Assembly: GCF_902652985.1 (NCBI RefSeq)
Contig: NC_047026.1
Coordinates: 8,060,001-8,124,000, forward strand
Origin: Pecten maximus
Taxonomy: Eukaryota
Length of the DNA stretch: 64,000 nucleotides
Direction of reading: 5' to 3'
Shown piece by piece: positions 60,201 through 64,000 of this stretch (the stretch's first letter is position 1; each line of letters starts with the position of its first letter). A model generated the notes under the pieces. The model did not search any database. It worked only from the letters and a program-made list of their open reading frames with translations, and was not told the DNA's origin. Made by a program: the position numbers and the translations under genes.

Positions 60201-61546
60201 TGAAAGGGAAATATATTTAAGCAGTGCCAATTCTACTGTCGCAGATTTCGACGATATAAAATACGTTACTAGTACATGTATTCTGTAAGGCATTTATAAA
60301 AATACATTTACTACGGACAGAGTGTGGGAATGTTATTCAGACAGAGAATACATTCTATGCCGTATTGTCTTCCTTGACTACTGTAGGTTGTCCGAGGTAA
60401 CTGTGAAAATTTGATCTCGTATGTAAATATCCAACTTCGAAAGAGGACTTATATTATTGTAAATACGCAAAGTAAATAGTGGGTATTCAGATTTTGTCCC
60501 GCAGGGCCTACATTTGTACTACATATAGTGTATATGTTTTCCTTTGTTACTATACAAAGTGTTTTCTGTTCAATATTGTAAAATAACTACATTGAAAATC
60601 TTCCGTAGACAGATATAAATCATGTTGGACCAACCACGGACTTCTAAGTCCGCAAGTCAACAGTCGTTTACTTCCTTCAATAACACATTAAAGTCGAATT
60701 GGACACAAACATTCATACTATAAGTCCGATTGATGCGAAATGATTTTGTTAAATAAAACTGTAGCTTAAAAACAAAACAAAACGAAAATACCAATCGGCC
60801 ATCACTTAATTCCTTAAACAAACAACAACAACAACAACAACAAAAAACATATAATCGTTGGATTGGAGATTAACTGTTATGTTATTACTTTCATACTTAG
60901 AAAATTGATATTGTGCTGTCACAATGGTCCAAATCTTATGTATATTTGAATAAGGTGTAAATAAGTGGTGATCAATTTAAATCATTTACACAATAAGTGA
61001 TTACCCAAATAAGGAATTACACATACATTTATCTTGTAAGTACGGAATAGCGTCAATGACTTAATTGATCAATATCTAGCGTTCTTCAAACAATATCAAT
61101 ATTCATCTGTATTAGAGTGAATTATATACAAATACAAAAGAAATCTTGTTTTTTTTTTTCGTTTTTTATTTTATCCAAAGTAAAATCCAGCCCTATGGTC
61201 TGTCAATAACAGATTTGGGATGATTAACTACAAATCAACAAACGTACTATAATGTTATATTATTTTGCATTTTTAATATGTACCTATCATTTTTCTTATC
61301 TACCCTGTATTGTCTTTCTTGCAAAAATGGTAGATTTTTAGGATTATAAAGCATTTTAGATAGTTGGGTAGGTTTTAATATATCAGAGTTGTTTACTCAC
61401 CACAGTCTTATTACAACAAATAAATTGACATCAAATGATGACCATGCTAGCAGATATTCATCACAATGCAGATTCTGGCATGATGCAAACAGCTAAATTG
61501 AATCATACATATAACAATATATTTCTACCATGCTTAATAGCAGCGC

Positions 61547-61835
61547 AGATGGTTAACCTGAGAGGCAAAATCAGTTCTGTTTTGAAATATTAGGTAATTT
61601 TTCCACTGTTTGGTGTTACATTTTCTAAATCTTATATATCTTTATAACATTTCCTTGTTTAAGAATACATTTCCATGCGATATAGACGCCAATGAATATA
61701 TCGAAGTGAAGATGGTCAATCTGAACGGCAAATTCAGTTTCGTTTTGAAATACTAGGCACAAATGTAATGTTTTCACAGTTCGGTGTTACATTTTCTAAT
61801 ATTTTAATATTTTCATGCGATATAGACGCCAATGA
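61547..61835. repeat. Diverged direct duplication of ~130-150 bp
   Basis: AGATGGT.AA.CTGA..GGCAAA.TCAGTT..GTTTTGAAATA.TAGG...CATGCGATATAGACGCCAATGA occurs twice. Confidence 0.75.
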
Positions 61836-62704
61836 TAATATGAAAGTGTAGAAATCCGGATGCGACGTTAAACAAATCAAATGCCATATGGAACTAATTA
61901 AAAAAAAAAAAAATCTGTAGATGGTTAGCTACATACATTCATCAATTTGGTAAATTCTGGATAATGGATGATTTTACATTTAAAAAGAATACAAGACATC
62001 CCCGAGTTTTAACGGTGATTACGTCACATCTGACTACAATGTCAGAAGGGTTGTATGAACACAACGAAGCTAATATCGTATTATATCAAACAATCTTAAG
62101 ATACCCTGTTTATCAAAACAAAATCTTTAAGATGTATCTCTATAGAAATAACTATATAGAAATTAAAAATGAAAAAAATAAGCAATACAAAATAATCTAA
62201 TATTATCTGAGAGAACGACATATAGTGTTTCCTTAATGCACACACCACAAATGCTGCCATGGGTCATAATGCACTATTATGTGTTCGACAGTTCGCATAT
62301 GCAAATTAATAGTTTAAGAACAACAAAACAATGCGACTTGTAAATGAAACGGCAATTCAAACTCAAAATTGCTGTGTTAATGTTAAAATATGAACACAAA
62401 GCATAATTTGACACGGACACACTTTAAAAAATACATGGTGAAGATGAAGTATTCCGGTAGGGGGCGCACGTCCTGCTTCATCAGCGACACTCTCGTGTAA
62501 ATCTTTAGGTCGGAGGAAAGTAATGCTTGTCCTAAGCAAGGTGTTAGTATTCCTTCTACGAGATACACACAGATTCTCGGAAAATATGAAGAATTGTCAG
62601 TGTTTCGACTCCGGACGAATAGTAATTAGTACTATTAATGAATATATAATGAATTAATTTCTGCGTGGAATGACGAGTCATTTGTCTTGAAAAGACTTCT
62701 ATTC

Positions 62705-62719
62705 CAGTGGCGTAGGAAG

Positions 62720-62775
<56 letters not shown>

Positions 62776-63848
62776 ATTGCCCCCCCCACTTTTTTCAGTG
62801 GGGGGGCAAACATATCTTTTTGCCCCCCCACTTTTTGACATCCAAAATCTAAAAAAAGGGGAAAAAACACGAATTTATATATTCATTTCGATAAATATCT
62901 GTATATTTTCGAACCGATAATGTTTTCTTGAAGGCAACGATAAAAACTGTATCTTGTACATCCGGAACATTCCTACCTTTATACTAGTATATCAATCCTC
63001 AGACCTGTGTGTCGGTCGTCTGCAATAGCCTGGTAAGTCAATATTTATATCTTAATACGAAATTTTGCTTAACTTCATCAAATAGATTCAATAAGTTGAT
63101 GATAATTGTTGAAGTTAATTGAGTTCATAATGAGAACAAGACAGAAACACAACATGAATAAAAATGCGCGGTTTTAACGTGAATGGAGTGATACTAATTA
63201 CCGACAGATACGAGGAAATACAAAAAAAAATTCGCCTCGCGCCTACGGCGCTCGCTTTATCACTAAATTACTGCCCCCCCCCCTTTCGATTGCAGATCCA
63301 CAGGGGGCCCTCGCCACCCTGGGACCCGCTGGGCGGCCCCCAGACCTCTCGAAAAAAGGGGAAAAAAATCGGCTCGCGCCTACGGCGCTCGCATGATCAC
63401 TTAATTACTGGACCCCCCTTTCGAAAACTCCTGGATCCGTGCCTGATTCCGAATTATTGGAAATGTGCTATATTCATTTTCGGCGGAGTGCTTAGACCCC
63501 CTTGAACCCCCTATAAGGGCGCTGCCCTGGACCCGCTGGGCGGCCCCTCAGACCCCTCGTAAAAAAAAAAAAAAAAGGAAAAAAAATCGGCTCGCGCCTA
63601 CGGCGCTCGCAGTATTACTAAATTACTGGACCACCTGCTCTTTCGAAAATCCTGGCCGGGCCTGGTGATTCATGATTTGCGTAAATAACTTATTTTGTAC
63701 TACATAAATTATCTAAATTATCATGGGATGTTGAAATGATAATTATTGCCTAATTTTGCGGAGATGGCATACGATTTGTTTAGTGCGTAAAATTTAAGGT
63801 TAAAAAAAATTTTGCCCCCCCACTTTTTGACGACTTCCTACGCCACTG
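62705..63848. mobile_element. Non-autonomous hAT-like element with a 53-nt poly-G tract and internal ends of other MITEs
   Basis: 15-bp perfect TIR CAGTGGCGTAGGAAG...CTTCCTACGCCACTG; flanking direct repeat TATTC; TGCCCCCCCACTTTT subterminal repeats; internal CTCGC(G)CCTACGGCGCTCGC x3. Confidence 0.85.
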
Positions 63849-64000
63849 TATTCAGTCCACTAACGTGTGTGAAACGACAGTGAAAACTTTTAGAACGATA
63901 TCTATATATTGATATTTCTGATATAGAGAAAATGTCCACCAGAGTCCGAGATGGCATCCACGGACACCTCGTGAATGTCTGTAGTTTAACATTACTCCAC

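Noticed and set aside
62556-62920. Poly-Pro and poly-Gly ORFs
   Set aside because: Translation of the G53 tract in a MITE.

Overview
AT-rich animal genomic DNA. The repeat types suggest a bivalve mollusc (inference). A 500-N scaffold gap (26308-26807) splits the window. Left of the gap, about 22 kb of tandem DNA appears to derive from one ~29-30 bp motif: an ~865-bp macro-repeat with dimer/tetramer higher-order structure, a 29-bp satellite, a 30-bp satellite, a 26-bp array and degenerate flanks. A diverged triplicated segment follows. Right of the gap are two minus-strand genes. The first is POLR2B/RPB2, of which 22 coding exons were traced (44335 to 26900, ~1078 codons). Its last ~95 codons are lost at the gap and exon 9 carries a +1 frameshift. 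The second is a 4-exon, 199-aa single-pass membrane protein with a signal peptide, a Tyr/Ser/Arg-repeat ectodomain and a Pro-rich tail containing PSAPPAY. Most notable pattern: several intronic tandem repeats are copies of the adjacent exon end plus its splice site, including ~30 copies of the POLR2B exon-13 donor. Also present are a 3.4-kb foldback element, a Penelope-like remnant with a hammerhead-ribozyme core, a minisatellite born inside a decayed reverse-transcriptase ORF, and several MITEs, HINEs and a SINE fragment. All coordinates were read by hand and no searches were run.
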